Source: an uncultured Gammaproteobacteria bacterium (GTDB taxonomy: Bacteria > Patescibacteriota > Microgenomatia > Levybacterales > UBA12049). Taken from it: DNA of 64,000 nucleotides. The stretch is taken from NCBI GenBank assembly GCA_964507055.1, contig CAZDOJ010000001.1:1041313-1105312 (forward strand), read 5' to 3'. A program made the position numbers and the translations under genes. Below the pieces are notes generated by a model. It was not told the origin of the DNA, ran no database searches, and saw only the letters and a program-made list of their open reading frames with translations. Below, one piece after another: positions 8,889 through 18,946 of this stretch; within the stretch, counting starts at the first letter, position 1, and the number at the start of each line of letters is the position of its first letter.

Positions 8889-9821
8889 TTATACGTTTAC
8901 GTTTAAACTAATTCCTTTTTCTCCAAGTTTTTCTTCGATAACTGAGATGGATTTACCACCCATGTTTCGCATGGAGACTAAGTCTTTTCGTGGAGTACTC
9001 AACAATTGTTCAATTGTTTCAATTCCACCGTTTCGTAGACTATTATAAATTCTTGTTGGAAGGTCTAATTCATCAATTGTCATCTTCAACAAATTCTGTG
9101 GAATTGATGAAGTAACAACTGGACTTTCTGGTGCTGCTGCTGATTCTTTTGGTTCATATACCTGTTGGAAATATGAAGTCAAGATCTTTGCTGCATGCAT
9201 AAGTGATTCTTTAGGATCAACTGTTCCGTTTGTCCAGATCTTCAAAGTAACTTTGTCAAGATCAGTTCGACGTCCAACACGTGTTGCTGTTACTTGGTAA
9301 GTAACTCTGATAACTGGAGTATAAACTGCATCTAATGTCATCACACCAAGTGCTGTTGATCGACGTTCTTCAGCAAGTGAGAAACCAAATCCTTTTTCAA
9401 CAGTAAGTTCCATTTCAAGTTTTGCTTTGTCTCCTGAGAGTGAACCGATGTATTGATCTTTATCAACAACTTCAACACCATCTGTAGCTTCTAGATCAGC
9501 TGCTGTAACTTTCTTAGGTCCTTTAACTGAAAGCTTAACAGTTGCACTATCTCGACCGTCAGCAAGTTTTAAGTTAAGTTCTTTAATATTAAGGAGAAGG
9601 TCAACGATGTTTTCCTTCAAACCAGGAAGTGTAGAGAACTTGTGCTTAACGCCAGTGATTCGAACTGATGTAACAGCTGCACCTGGGATAGATGTGTAGA
9701 GAACTCTTCTCAACGCGTTACCCATTGTGTGACCGTAACCTGGTTCGAGTGGTTCGATAACAAATTCTCCAAAGTCTGGAGCGGTTGTGATTTCTTTAAC
9801 TTTAAAATTTAATTCTTCCAT
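8889..9821 (-). CDS. rpoA: DNA-directed RNA polymerase subunit alpha
   Basis: N-terminal domain (FVIEPLEPGYGHTMGNALRRVLYTSIPGAAVTSVRI) and C-terminal domain (ELDLPTRIYNSLRNGGIETIEQL) motifs, in the canonical rpsD-rpoA-rplQ context. Confidence 0.93.
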   Translation of the reverse strand: MEELNFKVKEITTAPDFGEFVIEPLEPGYGHTMGNALRRVLYTSIPGAAVTSVRITGVKHKFSTLPGLKENIVDLLLNIKELNLKLADGRDSATVKLSVKGPKKVTAADLEATDGVEVVDKDQYIGSLSGDKAKLEMELTVEKGFGFSLAEERRSTALGVMTLDAVYTPVIRVTYQVTATRVGRRTDLDKVTLKIWTNGTVDPKESLMHAAKILTSYFQQVYEPKESAAAPESPVVTSSIPQNLLKMTIDELDLPTRIYNSLRNGGIETIEQLLSTPRKDLVSMRNMGGKSISVIEEKLGEKGISLNVNV

Positions 9822-9926
9822 ATATATTTCCTTTAGGATTTCGTCTAGTGTGTATGATACCCTATAAAGTCGATTTTGACAATAGGCAATACCTCATCAG
9901 TGATGAGTCTATTAAGTATTATATCA

Positions 9927-10529
9927 CTATCGTGAATAATATTCAATAATCTGTCTCGTACTGAATGGTACTTGGATATCTTCTGCCACTGGCAAACGCA
10001 CTAACTTCCCTGCTGGACCTTTTTGTTCGAGGAAACCCATAGTTTCCGTCTTCTCTTCCATAACTTTAATTACGTCAGGATTCTTTTGAATTTTATCATC
10101 AAGTGTGATAACATCGCCGACTTTTACTGTATATGATGGGATTGTCATTCTTTTACCGTTAACGGTTACATGTCCGTGTGTGACAAACTGTCGTGACATC
10201 ATACGTGACTTTGAAAATCCAAGTCGATAGACGACATTGTCGAGTCTTCTTTCCAAAAGTGAGAGCAAAAGTTCTTCTGTATCTCCTTTTTGTGTTGACG
10301 CAAGATCAACGATCTTTCTAAACTGTTTTTCAAGAAGTCCGTATGTTACCTTAGCTTTTTGCTTTTCTCGAAGCTGCTGACCGAAATCAGATGGTCGTCT
10401 TTTACCTTTTTTACCATGAACCCCTGGGGGAACATTCAAACGACGCATCAAACTTGCTGATGTTTTTTCGAGTAAGTTAACGCCTTCTCGTCTTGCTAAT
10501 TTATGTTTTGGTCCTGTATATCGTGCCAT
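9927..10529 (-). CDS. rpsD: 30S ribosomal protein S4
   Basis: MARYTGPKHKLARREG N-terminus and S4 domain (RRLDNVVYRLGFSKSRMMSRQFVTHGHVTVNGKR). Confidence 0.93.
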   Translation of the reverse strand: MARYTGPKHKLARREGVNLLEKTSASLMRRLNVPPGVHGKKGKRRPSDFGQQLREKQKAKVTYGLLEKQFRKIVDLASTQKGDTEELLLSLLERRLDNVVYRLGFSKSRMMSRQFVTHGHVTVNGKRMTIPSYTVKVGDVITLDDKIQKNPDVIKVMEEKTETMGFLEQKGPAGKLVRLPVAEDIQVPFSTRQIIEYYSR

Positions 10530-10534
10530 AATGT

Positions 10535-10942
10535 TTAAACTCTTCTCTTCTTTTTACTTCTTGGGCCGTTGTGCGGCATTGGTGTTACATCTGAAATAGA
10601 TGTAATAACCGGTCCTGCACTCTTAACACCTCGTAGTGATGAATCTCGTCCAGCTCCTGGGCCTTTGACGAAAACATCAACTGACTTCATACCTTGTTCA
10701 ACAATTCTCTTCACAACTTCCTCAACAGCAATACTCGCCGCATATGGAGTTGATTTACGTGTTCCTTTAAAACCTCGTGATCCAGATGAACTCCAACCAA
10801 GTGCGTCACCCTTATCATTCGTTACAGTAACCAAAGTATTGTTAAACGTAGCTGTTATATAAACACGACCGTGTTCAGTGACGACTGCTCCGCCTTTCTT
10901 CTTTACTTTTGCTGTTACTTTTTTAACTGGTTTCTTTGCCAT
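10535..10942 (-). CDS. rpsK: 30S ribosomal protein S11
   Basis: S11 core (GRVYITATFNNTLVTVTNDKGDALGWSSSGSRGFKGTRKSTPYAA); Lys-rich N-terminus. Confidence 0.93.
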   Translation of the reverse strand: MAKKPVKKVTAKVKKKGGAVVTEHGRVYITATFNNTLVTVTNDKGDALGWSSSGSRGFKGTRKSTPYAASIAVEEVVKRIVEQGMKSVDVFVKGPGAGRDSSLRGVKSAGPVITSISDVTPMPHNGPRSKKKRRV

Positions 10943-10959
10943 AGTTTACTTTCTAAGGT

Positions 10960-11367
10960 TTATTTACCTTTTGCTTTTTGAGCTGCTTCCATCTTTGCCA
11001 TTACTTCTTTCTTAATAGCTCCAATAGTTACTCTCTTTCCTCTCTTTGTACGAGCATTTGATCGTGTTCGTTGTCCACGGGACGGTAAACCTGCTGTATG
11101 TCTCTTACCTCGATATGATCCGATGTCTCGAAGACGTCGTACGTTTGCTGCAATATCCGCTTTAAGGTCTCCCTCAATCTTATACTTTTCGAGAACCTTT
11201 GTTAAACGCTTAACTTCATCTTCTGTTAAATCCTTTGCTCTCTTTTCACCATCAACTTCAGCTTTTTCTAGAATTTCTTTGACATTGCTTGGACCAATAC
11301 CATAAATGTATGGTAATGCAAAACTCACTTTTTTTTCATCTGGTATTGTTACTCCAACTACTCGCAT
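10960..11367 (-). CDS. rpsM: 30S ribosomal protein S13
   Basis: MRVVGVTIPDEKKV...YGIGPS..RLRDIGSYRGKRHTAGLPSRGQRTRSNART. Start trimmed to the internal ATG; the track start adds 14 non-conserved codons. Confidence 0.9.
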   Translation of the reverse strand: MRVVGVTIPDEKKVSFALPYIYGIGPSNVKEILEKAEVDGEKRAKDLTEDEVKRLTKVLEKYKIEGDLKADIAANVRRLRDIGSYRGKRHTAGLPSRGQRTRSNARTKRGKRVTIGAIKKEVMAKMEAAQKAKGK

Positions 11368-11372
11368 ATATA

Positions 11373-11486
11373 TTATCCTTGTCTTTGTTTGTGTCGTGCA
11401 TTTTCGCACACAACACGTATAACGCCTCGGCGTTTAATAATCTTACATTTTAGACATCGCTTTTTGACACTTGCTTGTACTTTCAT
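11373..11486 (-). CDS. rpmJ: 50S ribosomal protein L36 (37 aa; missing from ORF track)
   Basis: Hand translation of the minus strand gives [37 protein letters not shown], a textbook zinc-binding L36. It sits between infA and rpsM as expected, with its stop 5 nt from the rpsM start. Confidence 0.88.
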   Translation of the reverse strand: MKVQASVKKRCLKCKIIKRRGVIRVVCENARHKQRQG

Positions 11487-11498
11487 GATTCATTCTCC

Positions 11499-11717
11499 TT
11501 ATTTGTACCGATACATTATTCGGCCTCGTTCGAGATCATACGGTGTCATCTCGATTCGTACTTTATCTCCTGGAAGGATTTTTATAAAATGCATACGCAT
11601 TTTTCCTGACAGGTGACACAAAACGAGTGAACCATCTTCAAGTTCGACACGAAACAATGTGTTGGGCAGCGCTTCTCTCACGACGCCATCTTTTTCAAAA
11701 GATCCTTGGTGAGCCAT
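11499..11717 (-). CDS. infA: translation initiation factor IF-1
   Basis: S1-like fold ([57 protein letters not shown]). Start trimmed to MAHQGSF. Confidence 0.9.
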   Translation of the reverse strand: MAHQGSFEKDGVVREALPNTLFRVELEDGSLVLCHLSGKMRMHFIKILPGDKVRIEMTPYDLERGRIMYRYK

Positions 11718-11856
11718 TTGTGCATTATAACAAAGCAGGCTCAAAAGAGCAACAATGAGAAGGGCATCGTAGGCACCAAAGACATCAGTTGTACCAAAAG
11801 GGCATTTTGAGCCTATTTTGATCCAGCTGATACGCTCGGTGCTTTCGATACGCTTC

Positions 11857-12609
11857 CTAAACTGTCAGCATCAGTGGGCCGTCTTTTGTAATAGCGATGG
11901 TACGCTCGTACAGTCCTGCTATTTTACCATCTGCCGTACGAATCGTCCAGTCATCTTTATCGAGAACAACTTCGGGAGTACCCATATTATAAATAATTTC
12001 AACTGCGATTGTCATCCCCTCCCGAAGTTTTGGAGTTTTTTCTACCTTTCCATGAAGATATCCTGGAACTTCAGGTTCTTCATGTAATTCTTTTCCTACA
12101 CCATGCCCGATTAAACTCCTGACTATACTGTATCCACTTTGTTTTTCAACAATATCTTGAATTGTCTTTGAAATATGCCCAATGTTATTTCCAATGACTG
12201 CTTGTGCGATAGCATCATCAAGTGCAATTTTACCAATAGCTAGGAATTTTGCTGTTTCCTTTGTTCCAGAACCAACAATTCGAGAGTCACTCATGTCAGT
12301 ATGAAATCCTTTATAGAAGACGCCACAATCAACCCCAACAATATCTCCTTCTTTAAACGCGTAATTAGTAGGAATACCATGAACGACAACATCATTGGTC
12401 GACATACATGTGGTATGCTTGTAACCATCAACTTTCATAAAACCTGGTTCTCCACCCATTTCACGAATTCTACGTTCTGCCAAACGGTCCAGGTCTAATT
12501 CTGTCACACCTGGTTTAATAGCATCCATAACCTCGCCAAGAACTGTAGCGAGAATATGTCCGCCGTGTTGCATTATCTTAATTTCTTCTGGTGATTTTAT
12601 ATGTATCAT
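11857..12609 (-). CDS. map: type I methionine aminopeptidase
   Basis: MAP motifs ([14 protein letters not shown], metal-ligand His/Glu context [11 protein letters not shown]) in the canonical position after secY/adk. Confidence 0.92.
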   Translation of the reverse strand: MIHIKSPEEIKIMQHGGHILATVLGEVMDAIKPGVTELDLDRLAERRIREMGGEPGFMKVDGYKHTTCMSTNDVVVHGIPTNYAFKEGDIVGVDCGVFYKGFHTDMSDSRIVGSGTKETAKFLAIGKIALDDAIAQAVIGNNIGHISKTIQDIVEKQSGYSIVRSLIGHGVGKELHEEPEVPGYLHGKVEKTPKLREGMTIAVEIIYNMGTPEVVLDKDDWTIRTADGKIAGLYERTIAITKDGPLMLTV

Positions 12610-13295
12610 AATAAATTCTTCTTTTTTAACTCATTTTTTATTGATTCTAGTGTATATGCTTCGTCCATTTCAGAATCATCAAGAATAAAGTACTTTAGAC
12701 TTTCAGGATTCTTTGCTAACGGATCGGTTGCACGCTCCGTGTCCCTTTTATCCCTTTCGCGAATTTCTGCAAGCACACTATCTAAATCTCTCGTGTCTCC
12801 TTGCTCAGTATACTGTTTTAATCTCCGCTTTGCTCGAACTACGTCGGTAGCCGTAAGAAATACTCGAAGCTCCGCATTTGGAAAAACAACTGTCCCTGTA
12901 TCACGTCCTTCGATGACGACAATTTGTCCCGCATCCACCATTTCTTCTGCCACTTCGCGTTGTAATCTTACGAGTTGTTTTCTTACCTCAGGAAGGGAAG
13001 CAACAATGGAAGCACCATTCGCGGTATCAGGTTCCTTGATACGTTCAGTTACATCTTCTCCATTGAGTATAACTCTCTTCTCTTTAAATTGTATGCGAAC
13101 TTCTACTAAAAGCTTAATCACTTCATCAACATTGGTAAGATCAATACCTTTTTTGATCCCCGCCAGAGCGACAGAACGATAGGTTCCTCCTGTATACAGG
13201 TAAAACCCATGCAGATCATCTGCAAGCTTTGAAGCAATTGTACCTTTACCAGCAGCGACTGGTCCATCTATAGCAATTACAAATCCCTTTGACAT
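12606..13295 (-). CDS. cmk: cytidylate kinase
   Basis: P-loop IAIDGPVAAGKGT followed by CMP-kinase core (YLYTGGTYRSVA...). Sits between adk and map, overlapping the map start by 4 nt. Confidence 0.85.
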   Translation of the reverse strand: MSKGFVIAIDGPVAAGKGTIASKLADDLHGFYLYTGGTYRSVALAGIKKGIDLTNVDEVIKLLVEVRIQFKEKRVILNGEDVTERIKEPDTANGASIVASLPEVRKQLVRLQREVAEEMVDAGQIVVIEGRDTGTVVFPNAELRVFLTATDVVRAKRRLKQYTEQGDTRDLDSVLAEIRERDKRDTERATDPLAKNPESLKYFILDDSEMDEAYTLESIKNELKKKNLL

Positions 13296-13296
13296 A

Positions 13297-13845
13297 TCAT
13301 ATAACTTTCAATTTTTTAAGTATCTCTTTATTAATATCAGGAATCTTTTGTTCACCATTAATAGTTATGAGCTTACGCTTCTTTTTGTAATAGTCCAAAA
13401 CTGGCTTAGTGAAGTTATGGAACAGTTCAATACGCTTTCGAATTGCACGAAGCGTGTCATCTTCTCTTTCACTGCCTTCTTCTCCGCGATAAGAAAGTCT
13501 CCAAAGTGCTTCTTTATCAGAAACTTCTAGATAAATTACTTTATCTATACCATTCCCAAAAGCTTCTGCTTGATTGGCAGTACGAGGGAATCCATCAAGG
13601 ATATATCCTTTTTTATATTCCTTTCTCGATAAGTATTCAGCAACGATCTCCAATGTTTTCTCATCAGAAATTAAATATCCAGCATTCATTGTTTCTTTAA
13701 TGTAACGTCCAAGTGGAGTTCGTTCTTTAGCAAGTTCCCGGAATATATGTCCGGTTGAGAGGTATGGTATTTTTAATTTTTTTTTAAGTAAGTTCCCTTG
13801 TGTTGACTTCCCAGCACCCTGGATCCCAATTATAATTAATTTCAT
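13297..13845 (-). CDS. adk: adenylate kinase (short, lid-less form)
   Basis: P-loop GIQGAGKSTQG, NMP-binding region (YLSTGHIFRELA) and GYILDGFPRT motif; 182 aa. Confidence 0.9.
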   Translation of the reverse strand: MKLIIIGIQGAGKSTQGNLLKKKLKIPYLSTGHIFRELAKERTPLGRYIKETMNAGYLISDEKTLEIVAEYLSRKEYKKGYILDGFPRTANQAEAFGNGIDKVIYLEVSDKEALWRLSYRGEEGSEREDDTLRAIRKRIELFHNFTKPVLDYYKKKRKLITINGEQKIPDINKEILKKLKVI

Positions 13846-13846
13846 G

Positions 13847-15136
13847 CTACTTGTTCAAAAACCCTTCGTAATTTCTCATTACCAAATTCGCCTCAATTGC
13901 CTTGAATGTTTCAAGCACAACTGATACTACGATCAGGATACTCGCTCCCCCAAGAAGCAACGTCTGTACTCCGGTAATCACACGCCCGATTTCCGGTAAA
14001 ATCGCTACAAACCCTAAGAAACATGCACCTACCAAAGTAATTCTGGTAAGAATATAATTCAAATACTTTGTCGTTGGTTGCCCCGGCCGTACACCAGGAA
14101 TGAATCCACCGTACTTTTGAATATCTTCTGAAATCTTCTTCGGATTAAATACCACTGCAGTATAAAAGAACGTGAACGCTACAACCAATAAGAAGTAAAA
14201 GGCATTATATAAGAACCCTGTAGGCGAGAACCATATATTAATCCATTGAGCCATACCCCTCAATGCTGCGTTATCTGATGATGTAAAGACACTTGCAATC
14301 AACGATGGCAATAAAACTATAGATACAGCAAAGATGATTGGAATCACACCAGCCTGATTAAGACGTAATGGAAGATGAGTAGACTGACCACCATACATTT
14401 TATTACCCCGCATACGCTTTGCGTAATGAACTGGGATTTGTCGGGTAGCTTCGTTCACAACGATAATGCCGATGATGACAAGCATACTCATTATTGCAAA
14501 GCCTAACAAACTCAAACTTGCCTGTGCATCTGAGGTAGAAAATGTCTGACCAATAAGTATCGGCAACTGTCCAACGATACCCGCGACAATCAATAAGGAA
14601 ATACCATTTCCAATACCACGATCTGTTATCAATTCACCAAGCCAGACAAGGAGCATCGAACCTGCTACCAGTGTGAGAATAAATGCGACAAAATCAAGTG
14701 GTGCAAGATCCACGACCAGCCCCTGACTTTTCAGTAGTGCGTAAACACCTATTGCCTGCAAAACCGCTAATGGTACTGTAAGAAATCTTGTGTATTGATT
14801 GATCTTACGCCTACCGGAGTCTCCTTCTTTAGATAATTCTTCCAGCTTCGGAAATACCATTGTTAAAAGCTGTAAAATAATTGACGCATTAATGTATGGA
14901 TTAAGTCCGAGTGCCATGATAGAGAAGTTCGCTAAAGTACCCCCAGAGAATACGTTAAGAAATCCTAAGAATTGATTATTTGCGAAGATATTTTTTAGCT
15001 GTGCGACATCAACTCCAGCAACTGGAACATGTGCAAGAAAACGGAATACCAAAAAGATGAAAAGGATAAACAAAATTTTGTTGCGAAGTTCTGGAGATTT
15101 AAAACTTTTCAGAAGAGTGTTAAAGATACTGTTCAT
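13847..15136 (-). CDS. secY: preprotein translocase subunit SecY
   Basis: 10-TM protein with SecY signatures ([40 protein letters not shown]), between rplO and adk. Confidence 0.93.
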   Translation of the reverse strand: MNSIFNTLLKSFKSPELRNKILFILFIFLVFRFLAHVPVAGVDVAQLKNIFANNQFLGFLNVFSGGTLANFSIMALGLNPYINASIILQLLTMVFPKLEELSKEGDSGRRKINQYTRFLTVPLAVLQAIGVYALLKSQGLVVDLAPLDFVAFILTLVAGSMLLVWLGELITDRGIGNGISLLIVAGIVGQLPILIGQTFSTSDAQASLSLLGFAIMSMLVIIGIIVVNEATRQIPVHYAKRMRGNKMYGGQSTHLPLRLNQAGVIPIIFAVSIVLLPSLIASVFTSSDNAALRGMAQWINIWFSPTGFLYNAFYFLLVVAFTFFYTAVVFNPKKISEDIQKYGGFIPGVRPGQPTTKYLNYILTRITLVGACFLGFVAILPEIGRVITGVQTLLLGGASILIVVSVVLETFKAIEANLVMRNYEGFLNK

Positions 15137-15204
15137 GTTGTTACGTATGCTGTATGGGATTTCTATACAGGAGCTCTAGTATATCAAATCCATACTACGA
15201 TATA

Positions 15205-15651
15205 CTAAACACTTTGTTCGACCGTTCCCCCGGCCTTTTGAATCTTTTCTGCTGCACTTTTAGAAACAGGCAATTTTACTGTCAAAGCAACTTCCAATGT
15301 CCCATCACCAAGGATTTTAATTTTTCGATGTTTACCAAGAGTGTCTCGAACCAAGCCTTGCTTTGTAAGTGATTCTTGATCAACAACTGAGCCTTTAGCA
15401 AAAACATTTAATGCTTCGACATTAAGGATATACGCTTTTTCCTGAAGGGAAGCGTTACGACTTTTACCACGAAGAAATGGCAAACGCTTTGTTAATGGCA
15501 ATGCTCCACCTTCAAATCGAAGTGGTACACTATTTCGAGCCTTTTGTCCTTTTTGTCCACGTCCAGCTGTTTTACCACGACCTGAACCATGTCCTAAACC
15601 GACACGCTTTTTACTCTTTGCCTTTATTTTTGTTAAATCTGTTAAGTTCAT
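15205..15651 (-). CDS. rplO: 50S ribosomal protein L15
   Basis: KRVGLGHGSGRGKTAGRGQKGQKAR Gly/Arg-rich N-terminus typical of L15. Confidence 0.92.
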   Translation of the reverse strand: MNLTDLTKIKAKSKKRVGLGHGSGRGKTAGRGQKGQKARNSVPLRFEGGALPLTKRLPFLRGKSRNASLQEKAYILNVEALNVFAKGSVVDQESLTKQGLVRDTLGKHRKIKILGDGTLEVALTVKLPVSKSAAEKIQKAGGTVEQSV

Positions 15652-15652
15652 A

Positions 15653-16174
15653 TTATGCTTTCTTATTGAGTTCGATTCGCTCTTTTTGCTTTGCTACTTG
15701 TTCACCAACCATCTTCAATGCTTCAAGAGTTGCATAGATATTACTAATCTTGTTTTCAGTTCCAAGCATTTTAGAAGAAATGTTTTGGATACCAGCTGCT
15801 GATACAACACTTCGTACAGCTCCGCCAGCAATAATACCACTTCCTGGAGGGGCTGGTTTTAACATGATTTTTGCTGCCCCAATTTTTACATCAATTCTGA
15901 TCGGGATGGTACCTTCAACGAGTGGCACGTTAATCAACCCTTTCTTTGCTTTACTAATACCTTTTCTGATTGCACTTGAAACATCTGGTGCTTTACCAAG
16001 TCCAACACCAACTCGACCTTTTTTGTCTCCGACTACAGTCAAAGCTGAGAATCCAACTTTGTTTCCACCTTTAGTTTTCTTAGAAACGCGATTGATTTGT
16101 ACTACGTTCTCTTCAAACTCGCTTGGTGTCTGATTGTATTGTCTTCTTTGATTGTTATTTTGATTAAATGCCAT
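15653..16174 (-). CDS. rpsE: 30S ribosomal protein S5
   Basis: dsRBD plus S5 C-terminal domain (INRVSKKTKGGNKVGFSALTVVGDKKGRVGVGLGKAPDV...GSGIIAGGAVRSV). Directly followed by rplO, with no rpmD between them. Confidence 0.93.
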   Translation of the reverse strand: MAFNQNNNQRRQYNQTPSEFEENVVQINRVSKKTKGGNKVGFSALTVVGDKKGRVGVGLGKAPDVSSAIRKGISKAKKGLINVPLVEGTIPIRIDVKIGAAKIMLKPAPPGSGIIAGGAVRSVVSAAGIQNISSKMLGTENKISNIYATLEALKMVGEQVAKQKERIELNKKA

Positions 16175-16509
16175 TAGAGTGATAACCCTCCTTCTCGTGC
16201 ACCTTCAGCAACTGCTTTGACACGACCATGATATGCAAATCGACCTTTGTCGAAAGCAACTTCTTTGATTTTCTTTCCCAATGCTAATTTAGCAATTTCT
16301 ACACCAACAAGCTTCGCACGTTCAATTGGTGTACCTTTTACTTTTAATGTCTTTTCAGAGATTCCGATAATAGTATCTCCTGAAACATTAATGATTTGAG
16401 CATAGACAAAAGCATTTGATCGGAACACACTTAATCGTGGTCGATCACTTACATTTGCTACCTTTTTTCTAATTCTTGTTTGTCTCTGTTTATTTCTTAC
16501 TGTATTCAT
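16174..16509 (-). CDS. rplR: 50S ribosomal protein L18
   Basis: RPRLSVFRSNAFVYAQIIN...NKKVAEEVG-like core (AFDKGRFAYHGRVKAVAEGAREGGL). Confidence 0.92.
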   Translation of the reverse strand: MNTVRNKQRQTRIRKKVANVSDRPRLSVFRSNAFVYAQIINVSGDTIIGISEKTLKVKGTPIERAKLVGVEIAKLALGKKIKEVAFDKGRFAYHGRVKAVAEGAREGGLSL

Positions 16510-16512
16510 AGC

Positions 16513-17061
16513 TTATTTACCTGCAGCTTTTGCTGCCTTTCCAGCCTTTCTTCTGATTCTTTCACCTTTATATTTTATACCTTTTCCTTTGTAAGGCTCT
16601 GGTGGTTTTGACGCTCTGATTTTAGATGCGATCTCACCAACTTGTGTTTTATCACTTCCTGCAACAGTAATAACATTATCAGCAACTGAAAGTGTAATTC
16701 CAGGAACTGGCTTAAACTTTACTGGATGAGCAAAACCAAGTGAAAGAACTAAGTCTGTTCCTTGCATATTTGCTCTATAACCAACTCCGACTATTTCTAA
16801 TTGTTTTTCAAATCCTGTATCAACACCTTTAATTAAATTGGCTAAAAGAGCTCGAGTTAAACCATACATAGATCGAACTTTTCTATCTTCTTTATTTTCA
16901 GCTGTTACTAGTACTTTTCCCTCTTCTTGCTCGATTGTAACACCTGCAGGAATAGGCATAGACATAGTTCCTTTTGGACCTGTCACTGTTGCTTCAGAAC
17001 CTTGAACTTGTACTGTAACATTGCTACCCAATGTAATTGGTAATTTACCGATCTTAGACAT
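16513..17061 (-). CDS. rplF: 50S ribosomal protein L6 (with Lys-rich C-terminal tail)
   Basis: MSKIGKLPITLGSNVTVQV...GYRANMQG. Start trimmed to the ATG 4 nt after the rpsH stop; the track start would overlap rpsH by 118 nt. Confidence 0.9.
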   Translation of the reverse strand: MSKIGKLPITLGSNVTVQVQGSEATVTGPKGTMSMPIPAGVTIEQEEGKVLVTAENKEDRKVRSMYGLTRALLANLIKGVDTGFEKQLEIVGVGYRANMQGTDLVLSLGFAHPVKFKPVPGITLSVADNVITVAGSDKTQVGEIASKIRASKPPEPYKGKGIKYKGERIRRKAGKAAKAAGK

Positions 17062-17065
17062 ATCT

Positions 17066-17455
17066 TTACCAAATTTGGAAAAGTAATTCTCCTCCAACTC
17101 CTTTCTTGATAGCGTCTTTTCCGGTAAGGATACCGACATTTGTTGAAATGACTGCTGTTGTTGCACGTCCTTGCTTTCGAGCAATTTCAGTTGGCTTTAC
17201 ATACGTTCTCAAAGATGGTTTTGAAACCAGGTGAACATCAGTAATAGCTGGTTTTCTCTTTTGGTATCGAAGTGCTACAGAAAGCATTCTGTGTCCGTCA
17301 ACTGTTTCTTCTTTCACATCTTCAACAAAACCCTCTTTTTTCAAAACTAATGCAACAGCCTTACTTAAATTAGCATATGGTGTTACAATCGCCTTTTTAT
17401 GAGCAAGTGCAGCATTCTTTAGTTGTATAACAAAATCTCCAATAACGTAATTCAT
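17066..17455 (-). CDS. rpsH: 30S ribosomal protein S8
   Basis: Classic S8 pattern (DFVIQLKNAALAHKKAIVTPYANLSKAVALVLKKEGFVEDVKEE...GRATTAVISTNVGILTGKDAIKKGVGGELL). Confidence 0.93.
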   Translation of the reverse strand: MNYVIGDFVIQLKNAALAHKKAIVTPYANLSKAVALVLKKEGFVEDVKEETVDGHRMLSVALRYQKRKPAITDVHLVSKPSLRTYVKPTEIARKQGRATTAVISTNVGILTGKDAIKKGVGGELLFQIW

Positions 17456-17466
17456 AATTATTTAGT

Positions 17467-17652
17467 TTACCAAGAAGCCTTAAATACTCCTGGTAATTCT
17501 CCTTTCATTGCTCTTTCTCTGAAGCAAATTCTGCATAGACCAAATCTTCGGATATATGCTTTGTCACGTCCACAGATTCCACATCGATTTACCAACCGAG
17601 TTGGGAACTTTTGTTTCTTTAGCATTTTTACGACGTTTGATGTTTTAGCCAT
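17467..17652 (-). CDS. rpsZ: 30S ribosomal protein S14, zinc-binding Z-type
   Basis: 61 aa with [10 protein letters not shown]...CRICFRE (two CxxC pairs), between rplE and rpsH. Confidence 0.93.
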   Translation of the reverse strand: MAKTSNVVKMLKKQKFPTRLVNRCGICGRDKAYIRRFGLCRICFRERAMKGELPGVFKASW

Positions 17653-17699
17653 AGTTTTTCCTCTTTCGAGCCTAGTGATTATATCACAAGTTCAGACTC

Positions 17700-18251
17700 T
17701 TAGCTTTTTGCCTCCTTCGCAAAAGGCATTCCCAATGCTTCAAGCAACTTAAAGCCATGATCGTTTTGTGTTGCAGTAGTTACAAAAATCATTTCCATAC
17801 CCTGCAAGCGCTCTACACTTGCTGGATCGATTTCTGGAAATGTTGAATATTCATGGAATCCGAGCGTGTAGTTTCCTCGTCCATCAAAACTTGTTCGTGG
17901 AACTCCACGAAAATCCTTAATACGAGGCAAAACAATCTTTACCAATCGATCATAAAACTCGTACATTCTTGTCCCACGGATTGTTACAACCAAACCGATT
18001 GTATCACCTTGTCGGATCTTGAATCCTGCAATAGCTTTCTTAGCACGAGTTGGTTTTGCTTTTTGTCCAGTAACAACTCCCAAGTTAGCAGCCATTTTTT
18101 CGATAATCTTTTTGTCGTTTACCGCATCTTTAACACCCATGTTTACCACAATCTTCGTAAGCTTTGGTAAAGCCATAGGATTTTTAATACCAAGTTCTTT
18201 TTCGAGCTTTGGTAATACTTCTTCGTTATATTTTTTTTGTAAATCTGTCAT
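17700..18251 (-). CDS. rplE: 50S ribosomal protein L5
   Basis: L5 core (LPKLTKIVVNMGVKDAV...GFKIRQGDTIGLVVTIRGTRMYEFYDRLV...RGNYTLGFHEYSTFPEID). Confidence 0.93.
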   Translation of the reverse strand: MTDLQKKYNEEVLPKLEKELGIKNPMALPKLTKIVVNMGVKDAVNDKKIIEKMAANLGVVTGQKAKPTRAKKAIAGFKIRQGDTIGLVVTIRGTRMYEFYDRLVKIVLPRIKDFRGVPRTSFDGRGNYTLGFHEYSTFPEIDPASVERLQGMEMIFVTTATQNDHGFKLLEALGMPFAKEAKS

Positions 18252-18263
18252 AATTTATTTCCT

Positions 18264-18569
18264 TTATAGTTCTGCTTGGCATTTCTTGCAAACACGAACT
18301 TTCTCATCTTTTAACATCTTATATCCAACTCTTGTTAATTTTTTGCACTTTGGACAAACCAACTGTACATTTGCAACAGAAACTGGCTTTGTAAGGGTAA
18401 TAATCTCAGATTTCTGACCAGGTGTTCGAGACTTTAGGTGTCTCTTGAACTGATTGATACCTTCAACTAATACCTTTGCTTCTTTGGTAAAGACTTTTTG
18501 AACGGTTCCTTCTTTACCGTTATCTTTACCTCTTACTATACTGACTTTATCTCCTGATTTAATTTTCAT
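18264..18569 (-). CDS. rplX: 50S ribosomal protein L24, variant with C-terminal Cys4 zinc-ribbon
   Basis: KOW motif MKIKSGDKVSIVRGKDNGKEGTV at the N-terminus. The C-terminal third carries CPKC...x14...CKKC in place of the usual non-Cys beta-hairpin. Confidence 0.9.
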   Translation of the reverse strand: MKIKSGDKVSIVRGKDNGKEGTVQKVFTKEAKVLVEGINQFKRHLKSRTPGQKSEIITLTKPVSVANVQLVCPKCKKLTRVGYKMLKDEKVRVCKKCQAEL

Positions 18570-18570
18570 A

Positions 18571-18945
18571 TTAAACTACCTCCACTGCCATACTGGCAAT
18601 CTTTGTAAATCCTCGATCTCGAACTTCTCTTGCAATTGGTCCGAAGATACGAGTTCCGCGTACGTTTTTATCTTTTGGATTATCGATAACAACAACTGCA
18701 TTATCTGAAAATCGTACATATGATCCGTCTGGTCTTCGAAATTCTTTTCTAGTTCGAACAATAACTGCCTTTACCATTTCTGAATCCTTTACCTGACCAT
18801 GAGGGATAGCTGTTTTAACAACGGCATTTACCACATCGCCAATGCGACCGAACTTTCTTCGTGAGCCTCCGAATATATGAATAACATAAAGTTCTTTTGC
18901 TCCTGAATTATCTGCTGCTTTAACAATTGATCGTAACTGTAACAT
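18571..18945 (-). CDS. rplN: 50S ribosomal protein L14
   Basis: [18 protein letters not shown]...[11 protein letters not shown]...IRFDDNAVVVI-type core. Confidence 0.93.
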   Translation of the reverse strand: MLQLRSIVKAADNSGAKELYVIHIFGGSRRKFGRIGDVVNAVVKTAIPHGQVKDSEMVKAVIVRTRKEFRRPDGSYVRFSDNAVVVIDNPKDKNVRGTRIFGPIAREVRDRGFTKIASMAVEVV

Positions 18946-18946
18946 A

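Noticed and set aside
9885-9905. CTCATC-AGT-GATGAG hairpin between rpsD and rpoA
   Set aside because: A 6-bp stem with no adjacent U-run, in a 105-nt spacer. It could be fortuitous and is too weak to call a terminator.
10569-10862. 97-aa plus-strand ORF antisense to rpsK. Similar antisense ORFs run through the ribosomal block: 11123..11305, 15750..16133, 18019..18417, 18927..19322, 20479..20748, 23296..23679 and 25085..25357.
   Set aside because: Each lies fully inside a strongly supported minus-strand ribosomal or EF gene and encodes low-complexity Ser/Thr/Pro-rich peptides. They are shadow ORFs from codon-biased coding DNA.
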